Positions 48,127-58,927 of a stretch of 64,000 nucleotides of DNA are shown piece after piece. The stretch's first letter is position 1; each line of letters opens with the position of its first letter. Both the position numbers and the translations under genes were made by a program. Origin of the DNA: Candidatus Omnitrophota bacterium (lineage in GTDB: Bacteria > Omnitrophota > Gorgyraeia > JAFGGP01); assembly GCA_016930485.1 (NCBI GenBank), contig JAFGGP010000013.1, positions 89,157 through 153,156 on the forward strand, given 5' to 3'. The notes beneath the pieces are model-generated. The model saw nothing but the letters and a program-made list of their open reading frames with translations. It did not search any database and was not told the origin of the DNA.

Positions 48127-49007
48127 ACATACAGAAGGAAACACACCTCGTCCGGTTCATAAAAAGCGCCCTCGCTGAGGATATAGGCAGGGGAGACGTT
48201 ACTACAAACGCAATCATTGCACCTCGCATGACCGCAAGAGCAATTATTATTGCAAAGGAACGGGGGGTTCTTTGCGGTATCGACGTCGCCCGGACCGTCT
48301 TTCGGCTCGTCGATCGTAAGATCCGTTTCCAGGCGCCCCACAAAGATGGTAGCCCTTTGCGACCCGGAACGATTATCGCAACCCTCCACGGCTCTGCCCG
48401 CAACATTTTAAAGGCCGAGCGAACTGCCCTCAACTTCCTTGCCCATCTCTCCGGTATCGCCACAGCAACCGGTGCATTTGTGCAGGCGGTCAAGCCATAT
48501 CCAACAAAAATAATGGATACGCGCAAAACTATCCCCGGATTGCGTATCTTCGAAAAATATGCGGTGCGTATCGGCGGGGGAGGAAACCACAGGATGCGTC
48601 TCGGACATGGAATCCTCATTAAAGAGAACCACCTCGTCATTGTAAGGAACCGGGACGGAAAGTCGTTCGGCTTTACCACTCTGCTGGATAAAATGAAGAA
48701 AAAGGTTACCGATCTTAAAGTAGAAATTGAGGTAGAAAATATCGGCGATTTTAAAGGGGCGCTTCATGCCGGTTATGACATTATCATGCTCGATAACATG
48801 AAGCTTTCCCAGATTAAAAAAGCCGTCCGGTTGAAAAAGCAGCTAGCGAAAAAAAAGAAACTGAGGCGCTCTATCATCCTTGAGGTTTCCGGCGGCGTTA
48901 CACTGCAGAATGTGCGCGACTATGCCAAAACAGGGGTTCACTGGATCTCGGTGGGGGCGCTTACGCATTCTTCTCGCAGTCTTGATATGTCGCTTGAGGT
49001 GCTGTAG
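48123..49007 (+). CDS. nadC: nicotinate-nucleotide pyrophosphorylase (carboxylating)
   Basis: DTRKTIPGLRIFEKYAVRIGGGGNHRMRL, LIKENH, MLDNM, VSGG. Confidence 0.92.
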   Translation: MNIQKETHLVRFIKSALAEDIGRGDVTTNAIIAPRMTARAIIIAKERGVLCGIDVARTVFRLVDRKIRFQAPHKDGSPLRPGTIIATLHGSARNILKAERTALNFLAHLSGIATATGAFVQAVKPYPTKIMDTRKTIPGLRIFEKYAVRIGGGGNHRMRLGHGILIKENHLVIVRNRDGKSFGFTTLLDKMKKKVTDLKVEIEVENIGDFKGALHAGYDIIMLDNMKLSQIKKAVRLKKQLAKKKKLRRSIILEVSGGVTLQNVRDYAKTGVHWISVGALTHSSRSLDMSLEVL

Positions 49008-49041
49008 TTCTTATTCCTCTTACGTTCTTACCACACCGCGA

Positions 49042-51054
49042 ATGGGCACATTTCAACTAATCACAGATTATCGACCAAAAGGTGATCAGCCGCAGGCCAT
49101 CGAGGGTCTCGTTAACGGCATTCGTAACGGAGAACGATTCCAGACGCTTCTCGGCGTTACCGGAAGCGGCAAGACGTTCACCATGGCGCATGTTATCGCC
49201 TCCAGCGAAAAACCAACCCTGATCATCTCCCACAATAAAACCCTGGCGGCGCAACTCTACAGCGAATGCAAAGAATTTTTTCCTCATAACGCAGTTGAAT
49301 ATTTCGTGAGCTATTATGATTACTACCAACCGGAGGCATATATACCACAGAGAGACATCTATATTGAAAAGGATGCCTCGATTAATGAGGAATTAGACCG
49401 TCTCCGTCTCGCTGCAACCAGTGCCCTTATGTCGCGACGGGACGTTATTATTATTGCCAGCGTTTCGTGTATCTACGGCCTGGGATCGCCTGAGGACTAC
49501 AGGGAGATGCTGCTTTTTCTCGAGAGGGGAAAAAAATATCCTCGAAAAGAGCTGTTGCGAGACCTTGTGGAAATCCAGTACGAAAGAAACGATATTGCTT
49601 TTATGCGTGGGCAGTTCCGCGTCAAAGGGGAAATTGTTGATATCTTTCCCGCCTATGCCAAAACAGCGCTGAGGATTGAACTGGCCGACGACGAAATCGC
49701 ATCAATAAACGAAATCGATCCGCTCACCTCGGACTCCGTACACAGCCTGGATAAAATCGCGATTTATCCGGCAAAACATTTTGTAGCCCCCGGCGATACT
49801 ATTGCACGGGCCTTGAAGACCATAGAAACAGAACTGACCGAGTGCCTCGGCAAACTTAACAGAGAGGGGAAAATTCTGGAGGCGCAGCGCCTGGAGAGCC
49901 GCACAAAATATGATATGGAGATGCTTCGGGAACTCGGATACTGCCATGGGATCGAAAACTACTCACGCCACCTTGGCGGACGTGAGCCCGGCTCACGTCC
50001 CTATTGCCTCTTAGACTACTTCGGTGGTGACTTCCTCCTCTTTATCGATGAATCCCACGTAACCATTCCGCAGATAGGGGGTATGTATAACGGGGACAGG
50101 TCGCGCAAACAAACCCTGGTCGATTATGGTTTCAGACTTCCTTCCGCCCTGGACAATCGCCCATTAAACTTTGACGAATTTGAGTCAATGATACATCAGG
50201 CAATTTTTGTCTCTGCCACGCCGGGTGAATACGAGATGAACAAATCGAGGGGGAGGGTGGTTGAGCAAATCATCAGGCCAACCGGGCTGGTTGATCCGCC
50301 CATCTCGGTACGGCCGCCGAAACACCAGATTGATGAAATCATCGAACTTGTAAAAAGCAGGGCACGGAAGAAGGAGCGAGTGCTTATCGCAACCCTGACT
50401 AAAAGGATGGCCGAAGAGCTAACATCTTATCTTTCGGAAATGAAACTGAGGGTGCGGTATCTTCATTCGGAACTCGATGCTATAGAACGAGTTAAGATTT
50501 TGCGCGATCTCAGGGAAAACCGTTTTGACTGTCTCATCGGAATTAACTTATTGCGCGAAGGGCTCGATCTGCCCGAGGTCTCCCTTGTCGTCGTATTAGA
50601 CGCCGACAAAGAAGGGTTTCTCCGTTCACAGACCTCCCTGATACAGGTTGCTGGGCGCGCAGCACGCAATGTGAACGGCGAGATTATTCTTTTTGCAGAG
50701 CACATGACCGGGGCCATGGAGCGCGCCATCAAGGAGGCCGAACGACGCAGACAAATACAGCTTGAATATAACCACAAACACGACATTAAGCCGCAGACAA
50801 TACAAAAGGCAATCCGCAAGGGAATCGATGCCCTCTACAAGGCAAAAGAAGAAGTGGCCCAGGCCATTGGAAAAGATATCGGGGAGGAGCTCGACCAGGA
50901 ACTGGCAATCGCCGATCTTGAGGAGGAGATGTTTCTCTGCGCCAGAAACCTGCAATTTGAGCGAGCCGCCTATTTACGGGACGCGATACAGGACCTCAAA
51001 AATAAGCGACGGCACCCGGGTAAGAAGGGCAAAAAGCTCTATGCAGAACCATAA
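49042..51054 (+). CDS. uvrB: excinuclease ABC subunit B
   Basis: FQLITDYRPKGDQPQAI, GVTGSGKTFT, DESHVT, and a C-terminal UVR domain LQFERAAYLRDAI. The track start 48880 overlaps nadC. Confidence 0.96.
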   Translation: MGTFQLITDYRPKGDQPQAIEGLVNGIRNGERFQTLLGVTGSGKTFTMAHVIASSEKPTLIISHNKTLAAQLYSECKEFFPHNAVEYFVSYYDYYQPEAYIPQRDIYIEKDASINEELDRLRLAATSALMSRRDVIIIASVSCIYGLGSPEDYREMLLFLERGKKYPRKELLRDLVEIQYERNDIAFMRGQFRVKGEIVDIFPAYAKTALRIELADDEIASINEIDPLTSDSVHSLDKIAIYPAKHFVAPGDTIARALKTIETELTECLGKLNREGKILEAQRLESRTKYDMEMLRELGYCHGIENYSRHLGGREPGSRPYCLLDYFGGDFLLFIDESHVTIPQIGGMYNGDRSRKQTLVDYGFRLPSALDNRPLNFDEFESMIHQAIFVSATPGEYEMNKSRGRVVEQIIRPTGLVDPPISVRPPKHQIDEIIELVKSRARKKERVLIATLTKRMAEELTSYLSEMKLRVRYLHSELDAIERVKILRDLRENRFDCLIGINLLREGLDLPEVSLVVVLDADKEGFLRSQTSLIQVAGRAARNVNGEIILFAEHMTGAMERAIKEAERRRQIQLEYNHKHDIKPQTIQKAIRKGIDALYKAKEEVAQAIGKDIGEELDQELAIADLEEEMFLCARNLQFERAAYLRDAIQDLKNKRRHPGKKGKKLYAEP

Positions 51055-52012
51055 CGAGAAAATTAATTCCCTCATACGCATCTTGCATCAGCATACAGAA
51101 TTCATCTCGGGCGAGACTATCAGCAAAACACTCCATATTACCCGTGCAAGCGTCTGGAAATATATTGAACAGCTAAGGACCATAGGTTACTATATCGAGG
51201 CGCAGCCACACCGGGGATATCGCCTTGTATCGATCCCTGATAATATTATTGCTGCCGAGATTCAGCTTGACCTGCATACCGCGGTCTTTGGGAAAGAGAT
51301 TCTTGTGTTTCCGGAATTAGATTCGACCAATGCACACGCAGCCGTCCTGGCCCAAGCACAGCATCCAGAAGGTACCGTTATTATTGCCGAAAGACAAACA
51401 AAGGGCAGGGGGCGTCTGGGAAGAACATGGGTATCGTATGATGGCGGGGTGTACTGTTCGATCATTTTGCGGCCGCCGGTTACACCCCAGGAGGCAACGG
51501 AAATTACCCTATTCGGGGCCGTCTCGCTGTGCCATCTCCTATCCCAGCAGTTTGGTCTTCCGGCCAAGATTCGTTGGCCGAATGATGTGTTAATCTGCCA
51601 AAAAAAAGTTGCGGGCATTCTGACGGAGCTTGAGGCAGAGCAGGATCGGGTACATTTCGTCATCCTCGGCATCGGCATCAACTGCAACACCTCTTTAAAG
51701 CTCCTACCTGAAGAGGCAAGCTCGCTCAAGGAAGAATTGGGGGCCCCGGTCTCGCGGATTGCGCTGATACGCGAACTACTCACGATGCTTGACTATTTTT
51801 ACGCCCTGTGGCTAAATAGGGGATTTCAGGAAATAGCTGCTCTCTGGAGGCAGTATTCTTCGATACTCGGAAGGATCGTCCGCGTAGATTTTCGGGACAC
51901 CCATGTAGAAGGTGTAGCTACTGATATTGACGAACAGGGCGCCCTTCTTATAAGATTAGATAACGGCATTATTAAAAAAATAACTGCCGGCGATGTTACC
52001 TTGTTGCGCTAA
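51041..52012 (+). CDS. birA: bifunctional biotin--[acetyl-CoA-carboxylase] ligase / biotin operon repressor
   Basis: N-terminal wHTH (ISGETISKTLHITRASVWKYIEQLR) and the GRGRLGRTW biotin-binding loop. The track start 50762 is an in-frame extension inside uvrB. Confidence 0.9.
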   Translation: MQNHNEKINSLIRILHQHTEFISGETISKTLHITRASVWKYIEQLRTIGYYIEAQPHRGYRLVSIPDNIIAAEIQLDLHTAVFGKEILVFPELDSTNAHAAVLAQAQHPEGTVIIAERQTKGRGRLGRTWVSYDGGVYCSIILRPPVTPQEATEITLFGAVSLCHLLSQQFGLPAKIRWPNDVLICQKKVAGILTELEAEQDRVHFVILGIGINCNTSLKLLPEEASSLKEELGAPVSRIALIRELLTMLDYFYALWLNRGFQEIAALWRQYSSILGRIVRVDFRDTHVEGVATDIDEQGALLIRLDNGIIKKITAGDVTLLR

Positions 52013-52022
52013 ACAGAGTGCC

Positions 52023-52802
52023 ATGAAAAAAAATATTGTCTTAACATGTGATATTGGAAATAGTTGCATAGACTTTGGGTGTTTTCGGGAAGGCCATCTG
52101 GTCGCGTCTTCAGAGACTCCCACCTCACGGATATCAAAAAACAAAATACAGGATATCTGTGATGCGGTTGAAAACCTCATAAATAAACAAGCCGGTTCTG
52201 TAAAGGCGATTGCCATCTGCAGTGTCGTCCCTCAAAAAACACCCCTTGTTGTACAGGCACTAAGCCGGTATGTCGACAAAAAGGTACTGGTGGCCGGAAA
52301 AAACCTGACAATACCCATCACAAATCTGTATCATAAACCACGGGAGGTAGGGCAGGACAGATTGGTTAATGCTATTGGATGTAAAAACCTCTATGGTGCC
52401 CCGGCAATTATTGCCGATATCGGCACCGCCCTTACCATTGACATTCTGACAAAACGGGGAGAGTATGCCGGGGGGGCCATTTTCCCGGGACCCTCGATCT
52501 CTGCACAGGCCCTTTTTCAAAAGACCGCGCTTCTTCCTATGGTAAAACCCGAAAAACCCCAACGGCTTATAGGAAAAGAAACCGTAACAAGCATACAAAG
52601 CGGCCTTTATTACGGGACTGCCGATATGATTGCCGGTATGATTGCGCGCATAAAAACCGCCTGCCCATCCCTTAAAACAGCACATCTTATAGCAACAGGC
52701 GGCTTCGCGGTTGTATTAAAAAAACATCTTCCCCAAGGCATGCATCTCGATCAACATCTCACTTTAAAATCCTTACATATTTTGGCCAACCAAGCTACCT
52801 GA
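52023..52802 (+). CDS. coaX: type III pantothenate kinase
   Basis: LTCDIGNS N-terminus, IIADIGTALTID, ATGG. Confidence 0.88.
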   Translation: MKKNIVLTCDIGNSCIDFGCFREGHLVASSETPTSRISKNKIQDICDAVENLINKQAGSVKAIAICSVVPQKTPLVVQALSRYVDKKVLVAGKNLTIPITNLYHKPREVGQDRLVNAIGCKNLYGAPAIIADIGTALTIDILTKRGEYAGGAIFPGPSISAQALFQKTALLPMVKPEKPQRLIGKETVTSIQSGLYYGTADMIAGMIARIKTACPSLKTAHLIATGGFAVVLKKHLPQGMHLDQHLTLKSLHILANQAT

Positions 52803-53059
52803 ACAACCCTTTTTATTGTCCTGGCACCGACAACACCTTTTCTGTCTTCACCGGATACATGATGGCAGAATACATGCGGCAGAGATAAAAAGCCTCAAAG
52901 GTTTAAAGATGGAATGTAATTATGAAAAGAATTTCATCAAAAGGTACCAAGAAATACATAGAATGAGATAAAGAGAAAGAATAAGAAAAAAGAAAAAAAA
53001 TATCCACTTTTTTTGTAGATTCTGATTTTTTTCAGGGGAAAAATACTATTTTTTAAACC

Positions 53060-53088
53060 TTGATTTCCTAAGCACCTTACCTTATACT
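53060..53088 (+). promoter_or_regulatory. groESL promoter (TTGATT-17 nt-TATACT)
   Basis: Boxes at 53060-53065 and 53083-53088. A-tract-rich DNA lies upstream and CIRCE begins 14 nt downstream. Confidence 0.55.
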
Positions 53089-53101
53089 TATATCCTGAAT
53101 T

Positions 53102-53152
53102 TTAGCACTCTCATAGTGAGAGTGCTTATCACTCTGATAAGAAGAGTGCTAA
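53102..53152 (+). promoter_or_regulatory. two overlapping CIRCE (HrcA operator) inverted repeats
   Basis: TTAGCACTC-N9-GAGTGCTTA (53102-53128) and TTATCACTC-N9-GAGTGCTAA (53126-53152), compared with the consensus TTAGCACTC-N9-GAGTGCTAA. Confidence 0.85.
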
Positions 53153-53175
53153 ACAACTAAAAAGGGGGTATTGAT

Positions 53176-53463
53176 ATGATGCTCAAACCGCTCGCAGACA
53201 GGGTGTTAGTAAAGCGCCTTGAGGCTGAAGAGACAACAAAAGGGGGTATTGTCCTACCTGATACAGCAAAGGAAAAGCCTCAAAAGGGTGAAGTAATGGA
53301 GGTTGGTCCGGGGGTAGTAACGGATGAGGGGAAGGTAAAGTCATTGCAGGTTAAAAAGGGCGACAAGGTGTTATTTGGTAAATATGCCGGCAATGAGGTC
53401 GAGATAGATGGTGAAAACTATCTCATCATGAGAGAGGACGACATACTAGCCATTATCAAATAA
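53176..53463 (+). CDS. groES: co-chaperonin GroES
   Basis: [12 protein letters not shown], mobile loop [19 protein letters not shown]. 95 aa. Confidence 0.96.
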   Translation: MMLKPLADRVLVKRLEAEETTKGGIVLPDTAKEKPQKGEVMEVGPGVVTDEGKVKSLQVKKGDKVLFGKYAGNEVEIDGENYLIMREDDILAIIK

Positions 53464-55134
<1,671 letters not shown>

Positions 55135-55172
55135 TTGCTGGGCCGGCTACGAAAAAGGCGATCACACACCTA

Positions 55173-55207
55173 CCCCCGACTTCTTTTCGAAGTCGGGGGT
55201 TTTTTTT
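55173..55207 (+). terminator. intrinsic terminator after groEL
   Basis: 11-bp stem CCCCCGACTTC / GAAGTCGGGGG with a 5-nt loop, followed by T8. Confidence 0.85.
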
Positions 55208-55235
55208 GACAAGCCTGCAATCCGTATGCTATTAT
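55206..55235 (+). promoter_or_regulatory. candidate promoter for moxR operon (TTGACA-18 nt-TATTAT)
   Basis: The -35 box at 55206-55211 overlaps the terminator T-run. The -10 box is at 55230-55235. Confidence 0.4.
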
Positions 55236-55274
55236 ACTGCACATAGATGCTTAACCAAGTAATTAGCCCAACAT

Positions 55275-56216
55275 ATGACCCCCCACAAAAAACTTGAGGA
55301 CCTGGCACACAATATTGAGCAGGTCATCGTGGGTAAGCGGCATATCATAGACCTCTTACTCACCGCCCTGTTGGCAAAGGGGCACGTCTTAATTCAGGAT
55401 ATACCGGGGGTAGGAAAAACCACCCTGGCAAACGCCCTGGCCAAATCAATCAGCGCTGAGTTCAGACGTGTCCAGTTCACCCCAGATTTGTTGCCGACCG
55501 ACATTACCGGTGTCTCGATCTACAATCAGGCAACACAACAGTTCGAATTTAAAAAAGGTCCTGTTTTTACCAATATTCTACTGGCCGATGAAATTAACCG
55601 CACCACACCCCGCACTCAATCAAGTCTGCTTGAATGCATGCAGGAGTTTCATGTTTCTGTGGACGGAATTACATACCCGCTGCCAGATCTCTTCATGGTT
55701 ATTGCCACACAAAATCCGATCGAATTTCACGGCACCTATCCGCTGCCTGAGGCACAAATCGACCGATTCCTGCTACAGGTAAATATCGGATATCCCTCTC
55801 AGGAACAAGAAAAACAAATTCTGAAAAATCGAATCGGGAACGATCCTTTAGAGGACGTGAGACCTGTAATGAGCAGCAATGACGTACTTGAACTACGGAC
55901 GAAGGTGCAATCGGTCTATATCGATGAGGCTATTATATCGTATATAACCGAGGTTATCCGTCATACCCGGGAACTCACACTCGATGTCAAATTGGGTGCG
56001 AGCCCTAGATCGACTATCGCCCTGATGAATGCCGCACGTGCCTACGCCTTTCTCAGAGGAAAAGAGTATGTCATCCCCAGTGATGTTAAAGCCCTCGCCT
56101 TTCCCGTCCTCGGCCACCGCCTGGTTCTGCAGCCTCGATCGGTCGCAAAAGGCCTTACCCCAGAAAAGGTGATAGAATACGCCTTAAGCAAAACCACTGT
56201 TCCGACAAAGGAATGA
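55275..56216 (+). CDS. MoxR-family AAA+ ATPase
   Basis: Walker A PGVGKTTLA, Walker B ADEINR, ATQNPIEFHGTYPLPEAQIDRF. Confidence 0.9.
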   Translation: MTPHKKLEDLAHNIEQVIVGKRHIIDLLLTALLAKGHVLIQDIPGVGKTTLANALAKSISAEFRRVQFTPDLLPTDITGVSIYNQATQQFEFKKGPVFTNILLADEINRTTPRTQSSLLECMQEFHVSVDGITYPLPDLFMVIATQNPIEFHGTYPLPEAQIDRFLLQVNIGYPSQEQEKQILKNRIGNDPLEDVRPVMSSNDVLELRTKVQSVYIDEAIISYITEVIRHTRELTLDVKLGASPRSTIALMNAARAYAFLRGKEYVIPSDVKALAFPVLGHRLVLQPRSVAKGLTPEKVIEYALSKTTVPTKE

Positions 56217-56220
56217 AGGA

Positions 56221-57453
56221 ATGACGCAACGGACCTGGGCCATCATGAGTATCGCCGTCGGCTCACTTCTTGTCGCGTGGAACTCTGGTCAGGAGCCTTT
56301 TTACCTTATAAGCAGCGTCATTTTTGCCATGCTTATCAGCACGCTCTTTTTCGGTCTTTTTTCCATACCCCATGTTACGGTAAGGAGAGAATTGCCGGAA
56401 ACCGTTTTTGAGGGCGACTACCTCACGATGCGACTGAGAATTAACCATCAGGACCACATCGAAAAGGCGTATGTTCTCCTTGAGGATGAATGCCCTGTTA
56501 CCTGTAACGAAAATAAACGTAAGGTGTTTTTATTAGAAAAGCTGCGCCCCCGCGAAACAACAACCTGCGAATACCAGGAGCGTTGTCTCAAAAGAGGGGT
56601 CTATACCTTTCATCCGCCACGCATCTCAAGCAGCGATCCGTTCGGTATTTTTCAGTGGACCCAGCAGCTCGGAAAAAGCACGCCGTTTACTGTCTTCCCG
56701 CGGCTTTTCCATATAGAGTACATCCCGTATCGCCTTACCGGCTTTATCCCATGGATGGGGCTTGCGGCAGGAACAACGGCAGGGGAAAGCCACGATTTTT
56801 TCGGCATCAGGGAATACCGACGCGGTGACAGCATAAGAAGGATACACTGGCCGTCTTCTGCTCGACGTCGCCAGCTCATCGTCAAGCAGTACGAACGAAC
56901 CTATATTGATGAAATGAGCATCATCATCGATCTTGCAAAAGGACATAATATCGGATTTGAAAAGGAAAGCACCGGTGAATACGCAATCCGTATCGCAGGA
57001 AGTGTTGCGAGGTATTTCCTTAACCAAGGGTCCCTTGTGCAATTCGTGGGAAATGCCAAGGAACAGACGTATCTGCCGTTTGGTAAAGGCGAGACGCATT
57101 TATATCATCTGCTCGAGTTGCTCGCCTCCGTCCAAATAGACGGACACAAACCACTGAATACCCTTCTACGCGAAATGCTTGATGCTATACCGGGCCGCTC
57201 AACGGTGGTGCTCATCGGCGTGGACTATGTCTATCCGCAACTCTGGTCGCTGTATGATCTCATAAAAAAAGAAGTTACCGTTATCCCGATTATGCTTATA
57301 GCCCAGACATTCAGTCCTTATGCCGAGACGTCTCTGCGCGGCGCGATACCTCACTCAGATAAACGCTCTCCTGACACCCTGGCACGAAACATCATTACCA
57401 TCAAGCAGGGTGAGGATCTCGAGCAGAAATTTAGAGAACTACCCTGGAAGTGA
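56221..57453 (+). CDS. DUF58 domain protein with N-terminal TM pair
   Basis: EYRRGDSIRRIHWPSSARRRQLIVKQYE is the DUF58 signature. Lies directly after moxR. Confidence 0.85.
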   Translation: MTQRTWAIMSIAVGSLLVAWNSGQEPFYLISSVIFAMLISTLFFGLFSIPHVTVRRELPETVFEGDYLTMRLRINHQDHIEKAYVLLEDECPVTCNENKRKVFLLEKLRPRETTTCEYQERCLKRGVYTFHPPRISSSDPFGIFQWTQQLGKSTPFTVFPRLFHIEYIPYRLTGFIPWMGLAAGTTAGESHDFFGIREYRRGDSIRRIHWPSSARRRQLIVKQYERTYIDEMSIIIDLAKGHNIGFEKESTGEYAIRIAGSVARYFLNQGSLVQFVGNAKEQTYLPFGKGETHLYHLLELLASVQIDGHKPLNTLLREMLDAIPGRSTVVLIGVDYVYPQLWSLYDLIKKEVTVIPIMLIAQTFSPYAETSLRGAIPHSDKRSPDTLARNIITIKQGEDLEQKFRELPWK

Positions 57454-58868
57454 CGATGAAAATAACGACGCTGCTTGCCATTACAACCGCACTTTTTGTT
57501 TTTATAACTCTCTTGCTGTCTCACCACATTCTCAGTTCCACATGGCACCTCATCGCTGTCCTCGGATTAAGCGCAGCAGGTTTTTATATCAGTGTTTCCA
57601 TCCCAAAAAAGTACGCACATTATCTTGAAATGACGATGGAGGTACTACTTATTGCAGGAACCATTCTTATAGTTTCGTCTGTTTTGGGTATGACCGAGGC
57701 AACACTTGCCACAAGCATCGAGATTCTTACAAAGATCCTGGTATTATGTATAGTAACGTACAGTTTTATGCAGTTCAATTACAGACGTCACCTGTTGCTT
57801 CTTATTATTGCCGCGCTCCTCACTGCCAACGTGGTCTTTTTACAGTCAGAGTCAACACGAATGTTGCTTTTCTACATAACTGTCCAGTTTTTTATCTGGC
57901 TCTTTTTTTTGAGATTTGGTTATCTTGCAGCCATACATATAACGGTACTATCTTGCCCGAAAATCGCGCCCATAGAGATAGGGATCGATAAAAAAAGTAT
58001 ACTGAATACCTGCTCTTTTTTTCTGAGCTCTATTGTCGTTGGCTGTTTTCTTTTTCTGATTTTGCCGAGATTGGAAAAATCACCGCTCGAACTACTTGCT
58101 ATCGATACTCCTTTTTCAAGAGATGCCGATACCGGTCTTGCAACCAGCAGCACCGGAGAGAACCTCACCTACAATATACGTGAAGGGGGACTTGGGGATG
58201 CAGGCAGATCTCGCTACCGGGAACTACTTGACGCAGAGGAGCCCGATAACATACCAATGGAGCGGTTGACGGCTTCCGAAGAGATAGATCTCTCTGAGGA
58301 AGAATCGAAAGAGGAAAAATCGCTGCCCTCTCTCGACGAGGAATTAATTCCTCCTTCCGCTGAGGAGTCCTGGTCTGAGGCCGAAAAAGCAGAAGATATG
58401 GACGAGGCTGGAGTAACGGCGTTCCCTACCCAACTTCTGCGATGGGGAAAATGGGCGCTATGCGGGTTGTGTCTTATTGGGGTATATCTAGCAGCTCGAT
58501 ATATCAGGGGGCGCCGCACAATAGCGTTAAGTACATCAAACCCACGACGGTTTACGATTAGCGTGTTTCATAACATGCTGGAAATTTTACGGTTTTGCGG
58601 AGTAGCGCATGACCCTTCATGGACCCTCGAGGAGTATATCCCGTATGTCGAATCGCATTTTTCGAAAGGTGCGCCACATTTCAAAAATATGGTAGACATT
58701 TTTCAAAAAGCAAGATATAGTAATTTTTCACTCCTCGAAAAGGAAATAATGCTTTTTGCACAGTTATATCGACAGGTATTGGGCGTCATTACGGAACAGA
58801 CATCTCTTTTGCGACGCATCTTCATACAGATAAAAACAATGGACATCAAAATCATTGAAAAAAATTAA
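57450..58868 (+). CDS. polytopic membrane protein with acidic Ser/Glu-rich linker and C-terminal DUF4129-like domain
   Basis: About 6 TM helices, an EEPDN...SEEESKEEKS...AEESWSEAEKAEDMDE linker, one more TM helix, then WTLEEYIPYV...FQKARYSNFSL. GTG 57450 overlaps the DUF58 stop, or ATG 57456 is the start. No transglutaminase Cys motif seen. Confidence 0.6.
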   Translation: MTMKITTLLAITTALFVFITLLLSHHILSSTWHLIAVLGLSAAGFYISVSIPKKYAHYLEMTMEVLLIAGTILIVSSVLGMTEATLATSIEILTKILVLCIVTYSFMQFNYRRHLLLLIIAALLTANVVFLQSESTRMLLFYITVQFFIWLFFLRFGYLAAIHITVLSCPKIAPIEIGIDKKSILNTCSFFLSSIVVGCFLFLILPRLEKSPLELLAIDTPFSRDADTGLATSSTGENLTYNIREGGLGDAGRSRYRELLDAEEPDNIPMERLTASEEIDLSEEESKEEKSLPSLDEELIPPSAEESWSEAEKAEDMDEAGVTAFPTQLLRWGKWALCGLCLIGVYLAARYIRGRRTIALSTSNPRRFTISVFHNMLEILRFCGVAHDPSWTLEEYIPYVESHFSKGAPHFKNMVDIFQKARYSNFSLLEKEIMLFAQLYRQVLGVITEQTSLLRRIFIQIKTMDIKIIEKN

Positions 58869-58875
58869 ATAGATA

Positions 58876-58904
58876 TTGACAAAAAATCAAAATCTTGATA
58901 GGGT
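58876..58904 (+). promoter_or_regulatory. candidate promoter (TTGACA-17 nt-TAGGGT)
   Basis: Boxes at 58876-58881 and 58899-58904. AAGGAGG at 58912-58918 precedes ATG 58928. Confidence 0.4.
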
Positions 58905-58927
58905 GTGGTACAAGGAGGTAATGCGCT

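Noticed and set aside
47406-48679. Two >200-aa minus-strand ORFs (47406..48038 and 48038..48679) opposite valS and nadC
   Set aside because: These are shadow ORFs of strongly supported + strand genes. Their products are Arg/Ser/Pro-rich nonsense-like sequences with no recognisable motifs.
48880-49041. Long N-terminal extensions of uvrB (48880), birA (50762), lepB (31121), trpC (7780) and hisH (3132) in the ORF track
   Set aside because: Each extension overlaps the 3' end of the upstream gene and adds non-conserved, often Arg/Cys-rich residues. Internal ATGs reproduce the canonical N-termini (MGTFQLITDYRP, MQNHNEKINS, MKPSTKAII, MFLDTIVHEKY, MIGIVDYGSGN).
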